A DNA stretch of 55,630 nucleotides, taken from contig JAOLAV010000004.1 of the NCBI GenBank assembly GCA_028338895.1, forward strand, positions 1 to 55,630, in the 5' to 3' direction. How positions within the stretch are numbered: position 1 is the stretch's first letter; each line of letters opens with the position of its first letter. Both the position numbers and the translations under genes were made by a program. Source of the stretch: Fidelibacterota bacterium. Its GTDB lineage: Bacteria; Fidelibacterota; Marinisomatia; Marinisomatales; UBA1611. The notes under the pieces were generated by a model. That model had not been told where the DNA came from and did no database searches. It saw only the letters and a list, made by a program, of their open reading frames with translations. This document shows positions 1-8,933 of this stretch, in pieces.

Positions 1-67
1 TTATGTTTTTTTCACGTCTTATGTTTAATAATCTCTAATTAAAAATTTATTTCAAAAAGAGGTTGTT

Positions 68-649
68 ACGAACATATTTTATTTATTATCGGCGCTTATT
101 ATTTTTTCTTGTGGAAAAAAAGAAATTAATTTCGAAGAAAATCTGTATGAAAAAGAGGGTGTTTTTTATATCAATGATACAAATGAAGCTTTCAGCGGGA
201 ATGTTTTTTCTCATTATGACAATAACGTAATCGCGGCTAGAGGAGTACTCGAAGCTGGTAAGAGAGATCAATCATGGATGTTTTGGTATAAAAATAAGCA
301 AAAAAAAGAAGAAAGTATATATTCTAATGGTTATAAAAATGGACTTTCTACGAAGTGGTATATAAATGGTGTTAAGAAAGTACAAGGTAGTTTTAAAAAA
401 GGAACACCTGATGGTTTATATACTGAATGGTATAAAAACAGGCAAAAATCGGTAGAAGGAGTTTTCTTAAACGGGGAAGAAAATGGTCTATCCACACGAT
501 GGTACATTGATGGCAAAAAAAAAGAGGAAGGGTCATATAAAAATGGTGAAAAAGATGGATCTTTTACTTTTTGGTCAAAAAATGGTAAGAAAAAAGTAAA
601 ATATTATAAAAATGGACTCTTAATTCCAGAAAAGATTTTAAAAGAATAA
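68..649 (+). CDS. MORN-variant repeat (YwqK-like) lipoprotein; frame extends upstream of the ORF-track start to an ACG at 68
   Basis: Repeats of W-Y-x-N-G-x-K-K-x-E-G-x-[FY]-K-N-G. Frame is open from 32 to 649. From 68 it reads (T/M)NIFYLLSALIIFSC-GKK (signal plus lipobox), with GAGG at 59-62. Confidence 0.7.
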   Translation, partial: TNIFYLLSALIIFSCGKKEINFEENLYEKEGVFYINDTNEAFSGNVFSHYDNNVIAARGVLEAGKRDQSWMFWYKNKQKKEESIYSNGYKNGLSTKWYINGVKKVQGSFKKGTPDGLYTEWYKNRQKSVEGVFLNGEENGLSTRWYIDGKKKEEGSYKNGEKDGSFTFWSKNGKKKVKYYKNGLLIPEKILKE

Positions 650-781
650 AGTAATTCAATGTGAACCTTCTTTACTTATATACTTTTTATTTCTTCAGTT
701 TTATATTTATAAAAGCTGAAAAAGACTAAAACGTATTAAAACGGTAATATTAAAAAATTTTGAAATAAATACGAGAATCAT

Positions 782-1276
782 ATGGCAGTAAGAATACTAA
801 TAACAGGTGGGACCTTTGACAAAGAATATGATGAAATAAGAGGAGAGCTCTATTTTAAGGATAGCCATATGGAAGAGCTGCTTAGCCTTGGACGATCTAG
901 ACTTGAGGTAAAAATCTCTAAGATAATGTTGATAGATAGTCTCGACATGAAAAAAAAAGATAGAATAGCTATTTTAGAATCATGTAAAAAAGTCAAAGAA
1001 GACCAGATTGTTATAACTCATGGAACGGATACGATGACAGCAACAGCAAAAGTCCTCGCACAAGGAGAATTGAAAAAAACAATTATTCTAACAGGGGCAA
1101 TGATTCCGTATAAATTTGGTAGTAGTGATGGTTTATTTAACGTTGGAAGCGCACTTGCATTTGCACAGGCATTACCCTTTGGGGTCTACTTAGCCATGAA
1201 TGGTCGTTATTTTAATTGGGACAAGGTACGAAAAAATAAAACTACTGGAGTTTTTGAAGGATTTAATTCAAAATAA
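782..1276 (+). CDS. Short single-domain L-asparaginase-like protein
   Basis: TGGTFDK, HGTDTM and TGAMIP motifs; only 164 aa (N-terminal domain). Confidence 0.88.
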   Translation: MAVRILITGGTFDKEYDEIRGELYFKDSHMEELLSLGRSRLEVKISKIMLIDSLDMKKKDRIAILESCKKVKEDQIVITHGTDTMTATAKVLAQGELKKTIILTGAMIPYKFGSSDGLFNVGSALAFAQALPFGVYLAMNGRYFNWDKVRKNKTTGVFEGFNSK

Positions 1277-1314
1277 TAAAAAGCACTTTATAGATTTTTA
1301 AAGTGCTTTTTATT
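1275..1314. terminator. Bidirectional intrinsic terminator
   Basis: AATAAAAAGCACTTTA / TAAAGTGCTTTTTATT inverted repeat between convergent genes. Confidence 0.85.
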
Positions 1315-1322
1315 GTATTCAT

Positions 1323-2333
1323 TCACCCGCAAGTTGTTTTAATTAATATTGCACAAACTTGATATGGGTCCATATTAGCTGAAGGCCTACGGTCTTCTAA
1401 ATAGCCAAAACCATCATTTGCCGTTTGCATTGGAATTCTTATAGAGGCTCCTCTATCACTAACAGCATAGCGGAACTCTTTTATACTACATGTTTCATGT
1501 AATCCTGTTAGTCTTTCTTCATTATGTGCACCATAAACGGCAATGTGTTCATCATGGTTTTTACTTAGCTTTTCACAAGCATCCTTAATCACTTTTAAGC
1601 CACCTTCTTCTCGCATAAATCTGGTACTAAAATTTGTATGAGCTCCTGCACCATTCCAGTCCCCTTTTATAGGCTTAGGGTGTAGTGTAGCGCTGACACC
1701 ATAATCTTCCGCAATTCTGTATAGTAACCAACGAGATAGCCACATTTGGTCACCTGATTCTAGAGGGCTAAGAGGTCCAATTTGGTATTCCCATTGGCCT
1801 GGCATGACCTCGGCGTTAATACCCGATATCTCTAGACCAGCATCGATACATAGCTGTAGGTGTTCTTCAACAATATCACGCCCATAAACTTCATCGGCAC
1901 CGACACCGCAATAAAACGGACCTTGTGGTGCTGGGTATCCACCTTCTGGCCAACCAAGAGGATTTCTTCCATCAAATAAAGTATACTCCTGTTCAATTCC
2001 AAACCATGCTTTTTGATCTTTAAATTTTTCAGAAACTTTTCTTAGTTCAGCTCTCGAATTCGAGGAGTGAACTGTACCATCCGCATTCATAACTTCACAG
2101 AGTACGAGTAAATCATGACCACCTCGAATAGGATCAGGAACTTTACAAACAGGCTTAAGCAAGCAATCGCTGTTGTTTCCCTCTGCTTGATTTGTACTTG
2201 ACCCGTCAAACCCCCAGTCTGGAATATCTTCTAAAGAATCAATAATGCCTTCCATTACCTTCGTTTTTGACCTAAGTTTTTGAGTAGGCTTGTGCCCATC
2301 CATCCAAATATATTCTAATCTTACTTTACTCAT
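1323..2333 (-). CDS. glnII: Glutamine synthetase type II (GSII)
   Basis: 336 aa; WGFDGSST, WFGIEQEY, PQGPFYCGVG, INAEVMPGQWEYQIGP, DWNGAGAHTNFST, GYLEDRRPSANMDPY. Confidence 0.95.
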   Translation of the reverse strand: MSKVRLEYIWMDGHKPTQKLRSKTKVMEGIIDSLEDIPDWGFDGSSTNQAEGNNSDCLLKPVCKVPDPIRGGHDLLVLCEVMNADGTVHSSNSRAELRKVSEKFKDQKAWFGIEQEYTLFDGRNPLGWPEGGYPAPQGPFYCGVGADEVYGRDIVEEHLQLCIDAGLEISGINAEVMPGQWEYQIGPLSPLESGDQMWLSRWLLYRIAEDYGVSATLHPKPIKGDWNGAGAHTNFSTRFMREEGGLKVIKDACEKLSKNHDEHIAVYGAHNEERLTGLHETCSIKEFRYAVSDRGASIRIPMQTANDGFGYLEDRRPSANMDPYQVCAILIKTTCG

Positions 2334-2401
2334 TTTTCACCTTATTAATTTTTTTGTTTTTATTAAAAATATAACGCGATTATCTTTTAAATATAAAAAA
2401 A

Positions 2402-2444
2402 TAAAGAAATTAATAAAAATACTTTATTTTTATTAATTTCTTTA
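2402..2444. repeat. Perfect 20-bp inverted repeat with 3-nt spacer upstream of glnII
   Basis: TAAAGAAATTAATAAAAATA-CTT-TATTTTTATTAATTTCTTTA. Confidence 0.9.
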
Positions 2445-2484
2445 AACCATTTACTTCATTATATACTTAGTCCTCCTTAACTAT

Positions 2485-2934
2485 TTAAATGGGTACTGTA
2501 TTACCAAGTTTAAAAGAAGAAAGTATAATTTGAGTTTCTGTTCTTATAACACCTGGCCATCTTTGGATTTTTCTAAGTAGTTCTTCAAGCGTATTAGAGT
2601 TTTTAGTAATTACAAAAAGCATATGAGATCCATTTCCTGTCGTGCTAAAGCATTGTACGACCTCTGATGTTTCTTCGGCTGCCAGGGTAACATCTTTATA
2701 ATATTGTGATGATCCTGAGATTACTGTAATTATTGCCCCAACGTCTAAGCCGACAGATCCAGGATCTATGATTGCTTGAAATCCCTGAATGATACCGCTT
2801 TCTTGAAGCTTTCTAATCCTTTCTGTTACAGTTGGGATGGAGACATTTATTTTTTCTGCTATGTGGCTTGCAGATTCGCGACCATCTTTTTGAAGTGCTT
2901 TTAAAATTTGTATATCTGTTTCGTCAGTTTTCAT
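2485..2934 (-). CDS. Lrp/AsnC family transcriptional regulator
   Basis: DETDIQILKALQKDGR...TVTERIRKLQESGII HTH plus C-terminal RAM domain. Confidence 0.95.
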   Translation of the reverse strand: MKTDETDIQILKALQKDGRESASHIAEKINVSIPTVTERIRKLQESGIIQGFQAIIDPGSVGLDVGAIITVISGSSQYYKDVTLAAEETSEVVQCFSTTGNGSHMLFVITKNSNTLEELLRKIQRWPGVIRTETQIILSSFKLGNTVPI

Positions 2935-3082
2935 TTTTTTACTTTTTTTAATATTCTCAAATATACAAAAGTATGTTTTTTAAAATCTTAGTATTTAACA
3001 AAAACTATTTATTTAAATTGAAAAATTAAAAATAGTATATTGTGCTTATAAGAAATTTATTGTTTCAAAAAAGAGAGGAAAA

Positions 3083-3448
3083 ATGAAAAAATTTATATTA
3101 TACCACAACCCCAGATGAGGTAAAAGTCGAGAAGCCGTGCAGCTTCTAAAAAAAGAAAATATAGAATTTCAAGTTATTGAATACCTAAAGAACCCTTTGT
3201 CAAAAAAAGAAGTTCTAAGTCTTTCCAAAAAGCTTGGAATTCCACCATCTGGTTTCATAAGAAAAAGAGAACCCGACTTTAAGCAAAACAATTTAAATAA
3301 AGATATTGAAGACAATGAGAAAATAGCGGAAGCTATTTCCCTATTTCCTAAAATCATGGAACGACCCATTGCTGTTATTGGTGAATGTGCTGTTATTGGT
3401 CGGCCTCCAGAAAAAGTATTAAGTTTATGGATTAAGGAGAATAAATAA
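3083..3448 (+). CDS. arsC: ArsC-family (arsenate reductase-like) selenoprotein, UGA/Sec at 3116-3118
   Basis: SD GAGAGG, ATG at 3083, MKKFILYHNPR-UGA-GKSREAVQLL in frame with ORF 3137..3448. UGA aligns with the Cys of YHNPxCSxSR; C-terminal MERPI...IGRPPE motif. Confidence 0.88.
3119..3147 (+). promoter_or_regulatory. Putative bacterial SECIS element
   Basis: 11 nt after the UGA, stem AGAAGC/GCTTCT (3130-3135/3142-3147) with loop CGUGCA (GU at loop positions 2-3). Confidence 0.7.
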
Positions 3449-4614
3449 TGAAGCTTATAATCATTTTATCATTTTTAGTGTTAATCTTTAGTTGCGACCC
3501 TTTTGTCAATGAGTTTTCGGATATTGGTAAGGCAAGCATGTATAAAGCCTCTAATCTTCCAGACACATTACTCGTATATAGTAGTGGAGCCCCCATAAAA
3601 GTTGTTACCTGGAATATTCGTTTCGGTTCCGGACGGTTTCCATTTTTTGGTGATTCATGCGGAGATGAGGTTATTGCAGATAATCAATTGGTTGATAATA
3701 ACATGAGAGCAATAGCAGATAAGCTAAATGAATTAGATGCTGACATAGTTCTTTTACAGGAGGTGGATATTTCTTCCAAGAGAACGGGTTATATGGACCA
3801 AGTTCAATATTTATTAAATAATACATCTCTTAATTATGGTAGTTACGCTTCAATGTGGGAGGCCGATTTTATACCTACAGATGGAATTGGAAAAATTAAT
3901 ACTGGAAATGCAATTCTTTCAAAATATGAGCTCACAGAGGCTGAAAGAATTCAGCTACGTTTGAGAACAGACCAAGATAATTTAGTCCAATACTTTTATT
4001 TAAGGAGGAATATCTTAAAGGTAAAGATTCCGTCGTTAAGTCAAGGCGGTAAAGATTTTTTTGCCGTGGATATACATGCAACTGCTTTTGCTACAGATGA
4101 CACCAAAGAGCAGCACATAAATAAATACACTGAAGTACTAAGCAATATTGTTGTAGGAGATGCAATTTTTGTTAGTGGTGGAGATCTCAACTCTGTACCG
4201 CCGGGCTCCGGTTTTGATTTTTGTTCTTTTGATAAATGTGATACGGAAAGATACGAAAACCCTGATGGTACCGAAGTAGAATACCATTCCATAGACTCTG
4301 TATCTGGACCACACAAAGAAGGCTCTTTCTTTAATAATTTTGATGGTGAACCGGATATTTTATCTGATCTCTATTCTAATTATCAACCAGCAATAGATCA
4401 TGATGGAGGGTTGAGTCTATTGCCCGAGCATTTTACTCATGCTCCTAGTACGAGTATGTTAGATGACACAACCGTTACTAAATACGATCGTAAACTAGAC
4501 TATCTTTTTACAAACGGTAGTTGGGTTTCTGGGTCTGGTTTTACACATCAAGAAGTTTGGGATCTTAGCGATCATATGCCAGTCAGTGCTTCTTTCTTGC
4601 CGGAGGAAAACTAA
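3448..4614 (+). CDS. Endonuclease/exonuclease/phosphatase (EEP) family lipoprotein
   Basis: LIFSC lipobox; TWNI, DIVLLQEVD, GGDLN, LDYLF, SDHMPV motifs; TAATG coupling to arsC. Confidence 0.9.
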   Translation: MKLIIILSFLVLIFSCDPFVNEFSDIGKASMYKASNLPDTLLVYSSGAPIKVVTWNIRFGSGRFPFFGDSCGDEVIADNQLVDNNMRAIADKLNELDADIVLLQEVDISSKRTGYMDQVQYLLNNTSLNYGSYASMWEADFIPTDGIGKINTGNAILSKYELTEAERIQLRLRTDQDNLVQYFYLRRNILKVKIPSLSQGGKDFFAVDIHATAFATDDTKEQHINKYTEVLSNIVVGDAIFVSGGDLNSVPPGSGFDFCSFDKCDTERYENPDGTEVEYHSIDSVSGPHKEGSFFNNFDGEPDILSDLYSNYQPAIDHDGGLSLLPEHFTHAPSTSMLDDTTVTKYDRKLDYLFTNGSWVSGSGFTHQEVWDLSDHMPVSASFLPEEN

Positions 4615-5447
4615 TGAAAGTTTTTCAAAGGGTATTAAAATTTATAATTCTTATCAGTTTTTTATGTTCAGAAAGCCGCTCATGGAATTCTCATTCAGCT
4701 AATATTTTAGAAAAAGGGAGATGGGAAATGGGGTTATTCCAGCCTTTTAGGTATGGATATTCTGAAAAGATAGAATACAGCACGCATCCTTTAGTCTTTT
4801 TTGTAATACCAAATGTTTCAATTAAAAAAGCTGAAAGTGATATGTGGGGATTTAATTCTGCAAGTCAATTTTCTTTAACATATCCAACACCAATGTTGAA
4901 TATGTTGTCTAGGAAAGGTATAGGTGGTTTAATTGATCCTAATTTAGATATTCCACCGATGCTTGGGTTATCGTTTGCTTGGTTGATGTCGAAGTCAGTA
5001 TCGGGCATTGATTTGACGATTACGAATGGGGTTGACTTTGGCTTGGTTTATGGTTCTATGGATAAAAGAGTTTCTATTGATCTTCCTCTGATTTATCATC
5101 GTTTAGGAGTTTTTAGCAATGGCTGGGGTTTTCAAACAGGGTTGGATATACAAAAACCTCTTTATAAAAATTTCTCCATACTTGTTGATCTTGATCTGCT
5201 GTTGCTTCCTAGAATAGCAGACGCTAAGTCAAATTCAGATTTTAAATATCTCAGAGGTTATTATTCAATGGAGCATAAATTATTAGTTAGTTGGAGTAAG
5301 TCAGAAAACTTCAGATTAACAACTGGATATAAAATAATAAATGCTGAATTTCCATTTGGAAATCAAACAAGACTGCTTCCTTATCTTCCCTTAATTGAAA
5401 AGTGGGTTCCTATTATTGAACTACAATGGGCAGGCTTTACAAAATAA
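4614..5447 (+). CDS. Hypothetical exported protein, possibly outer-membrane beta-barrel
   Basis: Signal peptide, alternating aromatic beta-strand pattern; TAATG coupling to EEP gene. Confidence 0.55.
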   Translation: MKVFQRVLKFIILISFLCSESRSWNSHSANILEKGRWEMGLFQPFRYGYSEKIEYSTHPLVFFVIPNVSIKKAESDMWGFNSASQFSLTYPTPMLNMLSRKGIGGLIDPNLDIPPMLGLSFAWLMSKSVSGIDLTITNGVDFGLVYGSMDKRVSIDLPLIYHRLGVFSNGWGFQTGLDIQKPLYKNFSILVDLDLLLLPRIADAKSNSDFKYLRGYYSMEHKLLVSWSKSENFRLTTGYKIINAEFPFGNQTRLLPYLPLIEKWVPIIELQWAGFTK

Positions 5448-5562
5448 TTTTTAACTTTAAGCTAAATACATAGTTGAAAAATAGTTTTTCCAAGTGTTCA
5501 AATATCATTTTTTAATGATAAAGAGACAATTATTTATAAAAAAGTAGGCAAGAATTTTTAAC

Positions 5563-5600
5563 TTGACTACTAATCAGTGAGTTTTTAGGTTTCACTGATT
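5563..5600 (+). promoter_or_regulatory. Sigma70-like promoter with overlapping palindromic operator
   Basis: TTGACT(5563)-N17-TAGGTT(5586); AATCAGTGA(5572-80)/TCACTGATT(5592-5600) inverted repeat straddling the -10. Confidence 0.6.
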
Positions 5601-5740
5601 GTTTTTTGGGATATTGAGGTTGCCAAGTAGTGCAATCCTCAAAACAATGTTTAATCTTTACAGTAAGTAATGTTTAATCATTGCCTTTGTTCCCCGAAAT
5701 ATTAAAATTTTTAATAAAACTCTATAACGGAGGCTGTATA

Positions 5741-8700
5741 ATGAAACGAATTATGTACTTAACCTACCTATCCCTGTTTTTAACAGCGGGTTGGTCTCAA
5801 ACAACTGGGAAACTTGTTGGTGATGTTAAAGACGCCGACGGCTCTTCACTAGTTGGTGCAAACGTGATTGTTCTCGGAACTGGATCGGGTGCTTCTGCTG
5901 GAGCAGAAGGCGATTTCACCATTTTAAATGTTCCGGCTGGTTCTTATACGGTTATGGCCACATATATTGGTTATGCAACTCAAGAAATTACGAATGTACA
6001 GGTTATATCCGGATTAAGTACAGAGTTGAACTTTTCGCTCTCTACGAGCTCAATTGAAGGAGAAGTTGTTCAGGTTATGGCTGTGAAACCTTTAATTCAG
6101 AAAGATGAGACATCATCTGTTAGTACTGTTTCAAGCCAACAACTTAGGAATATGCCAATTAGAGATTTAAACTCAGTTTTGGCTACGATTCCTGGTGTTG
6201 TAGTCCAGAACGATGAAGTATATATTAGAGGTGGTAGGAATAATGAAGTAGCCTATTATTTAAATGGTGCAGGTACAACAAACTTAGGGGATAGGTCAAA
6301 CCTTGTTTATGTTCCGCAAGAAGCTGTTGAAGAACTTCAGGTTCAAGTTGGTGGTTATGATGCGGAAATAAGTGGTGCGAACTCTGGAGTTATCAAACGT
6401 ACGCTTAAGCAAGGAACATCTGAATATTCTGGATCTTTCTCACTCCAGAATGATGGAGCGGGTTCTGGAGAGGGATCATTTGGCGACGGTTACTCATATG
6501 GTCACCAAACAGTTTTAGCTTCTGTTGGCGGTCCTTTATTACCTGGAAGTGAAAGTTTGAAATTTTTTGGAGCTGTTGAAAGTAGCAAAGAAGAAGATTC
6601 TTTTGTAAAAATTGCAAATGGATTTGAATTCTTAGATCAGCAAGATGAAAGAACAGATAATTCTGCATATGTTGACCAATTTGATTTATCTTGGAAAGAT
6701 GGAACATCTCCTGGTCGCCAAGATGAATACTTGAACTTTACCGGTTCATTATCATATGACGGTGGTCCTTTAAGAGCCAACGTTGGTATTGTGAACAATA
6801 GCGGTACCACAAATAATGGTGGTGGCATTATGTCTCAACTGCAATGGGGTGGGGCAATGGTTAACACGCAAAATGATACTGGTGCATTCCTTAACTCATT
6901 TGACGTAAGTCCTAGGTTTAGAACAAATGAGTATGCGAACAACATGTTAGTTGCTGAATTAACTTACGCTCTCAGTAACAATACAATTTTAAGAGCAAAT
7001 GCAAGCAGTTTTAAAAATGAATACGAAGCAAAAGATAATTTATTAGGCACAGACTGGACATTATGGGGCGATTCAGTAGCTGTTCAAGCCAAGCTGGGTT
7101 TTTCCGATACTGATGTATCTGTTCCTGTTTTAAACGATGATGGTGATACTACTGGTTATGAAACTACGAGTTTTGGTTATACACCATTTATTAGTCGTTA
7201 TGTAGAAAAAGCAGACTATTTAATAAATGGGATGCCGGTAACAAGACCTGGCACTATGCCGGGTGGTTATTACAAGGGTGCCTATGAAAAAACAGGATTT
7301 TCCGCTAGTTTGCAACATGTTATGGGTAACCATGATATCAAAGCAGGCGTTGATTATAATAAGCATACAATTAGAAATTATTTTGCTAATCCCACGGTTA
7401 TGAAGTTTGCTCAAGATGCTGCAGGTTCGTACGGTTATACGACTTATGGTTCATTTGAGAACATTCCTGCCTGGATCTGGAGACCGTATATTGATGGATT
7501 TGGTTATGATGTTAATGGTTCTGAAATAGATGCTAGACAAGAATACACAGGAACACCGGCAGGTCAGACAGGGGTAGACGTCTCCTATCTTGATGGAGCA
7601 AAAACACCTTCAGAGATTGGTTTTTATATCCAAGATAAAATGGAGTTTGATGATATTATTGTAAACGTTGGTCTTAGAATTGATCAATTAGATCCGTCTG
7701 AAACAGCACCAGCTAGAGCAGATTCATTAACATTCTATGATGTCTCAAAATATGTTGATCCAACTTCATGGGACAAAATTGACCCTTACACTGAAATCCA
7801 ACCTAGAATAGGTATTTCATTTCCGTTTACAGATAAAACTAATGTCTACGGTTATTATGGGCGTTTTTCTCAGCTAGTAGATCTTAATTCAATGTACTAT
7901 ACTGCTTATGATTACAGAACGCAAATGGGTGTAGGTGGAAATTTTTATAATAATCCAATTGGTTTTGGTCTAGAGCCAGTTCGTACAACTCAGTACGAGA
8001 TTGGTTTTAAGCAGCAAATTTCTAATGATGCTGCATTGAAAGTGACAGGTTTCTATAAAAATCAAAAAGGGCTTATCCAAGCTGATCGTGTTTCAAGTCA
8101 AACACTTGCTGGGGATTTAGATACTCCTTATAATTACGTTCGCAATGGAGATTTTGCAACAACGAAAGGTGTAGAGTTTACCTTGGCTTTGAGAAGTTCA
8201 AACGGATTAACGGTTGATATGAATTACACAGCAGGTCAAGCAGAGGGTACTGGTTCAGGAAGGTCAAGTTATTTAGCGGCCCTAGACAGAGGAACTCAAG
8301 CTCCTACGATGATTAATCCTGTTGACTTCAATCAGACTCATTCTGGATCAATTAACCTAGACTACAGGTTAAATGGTACACAAACATTTCTTGATGGGTT
8401 AGGAAGTAATTTGCTATTTACTTTTAATAGTGGACACGCTTTTACATATGTTTATCGCCCGGTTGGTGGACAAGTTAGTGCATTTGATGCTGGTGTTGAT
8501 TACATGGATGACACACGCTCCAGGCAAGCTCTTGAGCCAGTTGGAGCTTCTACAACACCTTGGGTTTATAATCTTGATTTAAAACTTGACAAGGATTTTA
8601 CCTTTGGTAATTATGGTCTAAAAGTTTTTGCGAGGGTAAACAATCTTTTAGATCGTAGAAATGCTCTCAATGTATATCAGGCAACTGGTTCCGCTTCAGA

Positions 8701-8905
8701 TGATGGTTTTTATGGTAATGATGTTTATTCAGAATCATTTGTTGATCTTTATGGCGATGATCCAGACGGTGATGGCGTAACAGATTACGAAGAGATGTAC
8801 AAAGCTATTAATATAGATAATGATGAGTCTTATAGAGTTGCTACAGGAGATAACCTCATCAGTGCTCCAAGGCAGGTCTTCATTGGCTTTGCGATTAACT
8901 TCTAA
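5741..8905 (+). CDS. TonB-dependent receptor with N-terminal carboxypeptidase-regulatory-like domain
   Basis: SD GGAGG then ATG at 5741 (MKRIMYL..., signal peptide); TTGKLVGDVKD domain, plug YIRGGR...GGYDAE, terminal PRQVFIGFAINF. Confidence 0.92.
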   Translation: MKRIMYLTYLSLFLTAGWSQTTGKLVGDVKDADGSSLVGANVIVLGTGSGASAGAEGDFTILNVPAGSYTVMATYIGYATQEITNVQVISGLSTELNFSLSTSSIEGEVVQVMAVKPLIQKDETSSVSTVSSQQLRNMPIRDLNSVLATIPGVVVQNDEVYIRGGRNNEVAYYLNGAGTTNLGDRSNLVYVPQEAVEELQVQVGGYDAEISGANSGVIKRTLKQGTSEYSGSFSLQNDGAGSGEGSFGDGYSYGHQTVLASVGGPLLPGSESLKFFGAVESSKEEDSFVKIANGFEFLDQQDERTDNSAYVDQFDLSWKDGTSPGRQDEYLNFTGSLSYDGGPLRANVGIVNNSGTTNNGGGIMSQLQWGGAMVNTQNDTGAFLNSFDVSPRFRTNEYANNMLVAELTYALSNNTILRANASSFKNEYEAKDNLLGTDWTLWGDSVAVQAKLGFSDTDVSVPVLNDDGDTTGYETTSFGYTPFISRYVEKADYLINGMPVTRPGTMPGGYYKGAYEKTGFSASLQHVMGNHDIKAGVDYNKHTIRNYFANPTVMKFAQDAAGSYGYTTYGSFENIPAWIWRPYIDGFGYDVNGSEIDARQEYTGTPAGQTGVDVSYLDGAKTPSEIGFYIQDKMEFDDIIVNVGLRIDQLDPSETAPARADSLTFYDVSKYVDPTSWDKIDPYTEIQPRIGISFPFTDKTNVYGYYGRFSQLVDLNSMYYTAYDYRTQMGVGGNFYNNPIGFGLEPVRTTQYEIGFKQQISNDAALKVTGFYKNQKGLIQADRVSSQTLAGDLDTPYNYVRNGDFATTKGVEFTLALRSSNGLTVDMNYTAGQAEGTGSGRSSYLAALDRGTQAPTMINPVDFNQTHSGSINLDYRLNGTQTFLDGLGSNLLFTFNSGHAFTYVYRPVGGQVSAFDAGVDYMDDTRSRQALEPVGASTTPWVYNLDLKLDKDFTFGNYGLKVFARVNNLLDRRNALNVYQATGSASDDGFYGNDVYSESFVDLYGDDPDGDGVTDYEEMYKAINIDNDESYRVATGDNLISAPRQVFIGFAINF

Positions 8906-8933
8906 CTCTAATAATTAAAAGAAAAGAGGAAAC

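Noticed and set aside
68-649. YwqJK-type toxin-antitoxin module
   Set aside because: Only the MORN-variant repeat is shared; the protein looks like a lipoprotein and no toxin is adjacent downstream (upstream lies outside the window).
3116-3118. UGA reassigned to Trp/Gly, or arsC pseudogene
   Set aside because: TGA terminates several conserved genes here; its position exactly at the catalytic Cys plus the downstream hairpin favours Sec.
5592-5740. Cobalamin or TPP riboswitch before the TonB-dependent receptor
   Set aside because: No B12 box/GGGAA core or CTGAGA motif recognised.
5681-5740. ORF-track TTG start of the receptor
   Set aside because: SD GGAGG and the signal peptide fit ATG 5741.
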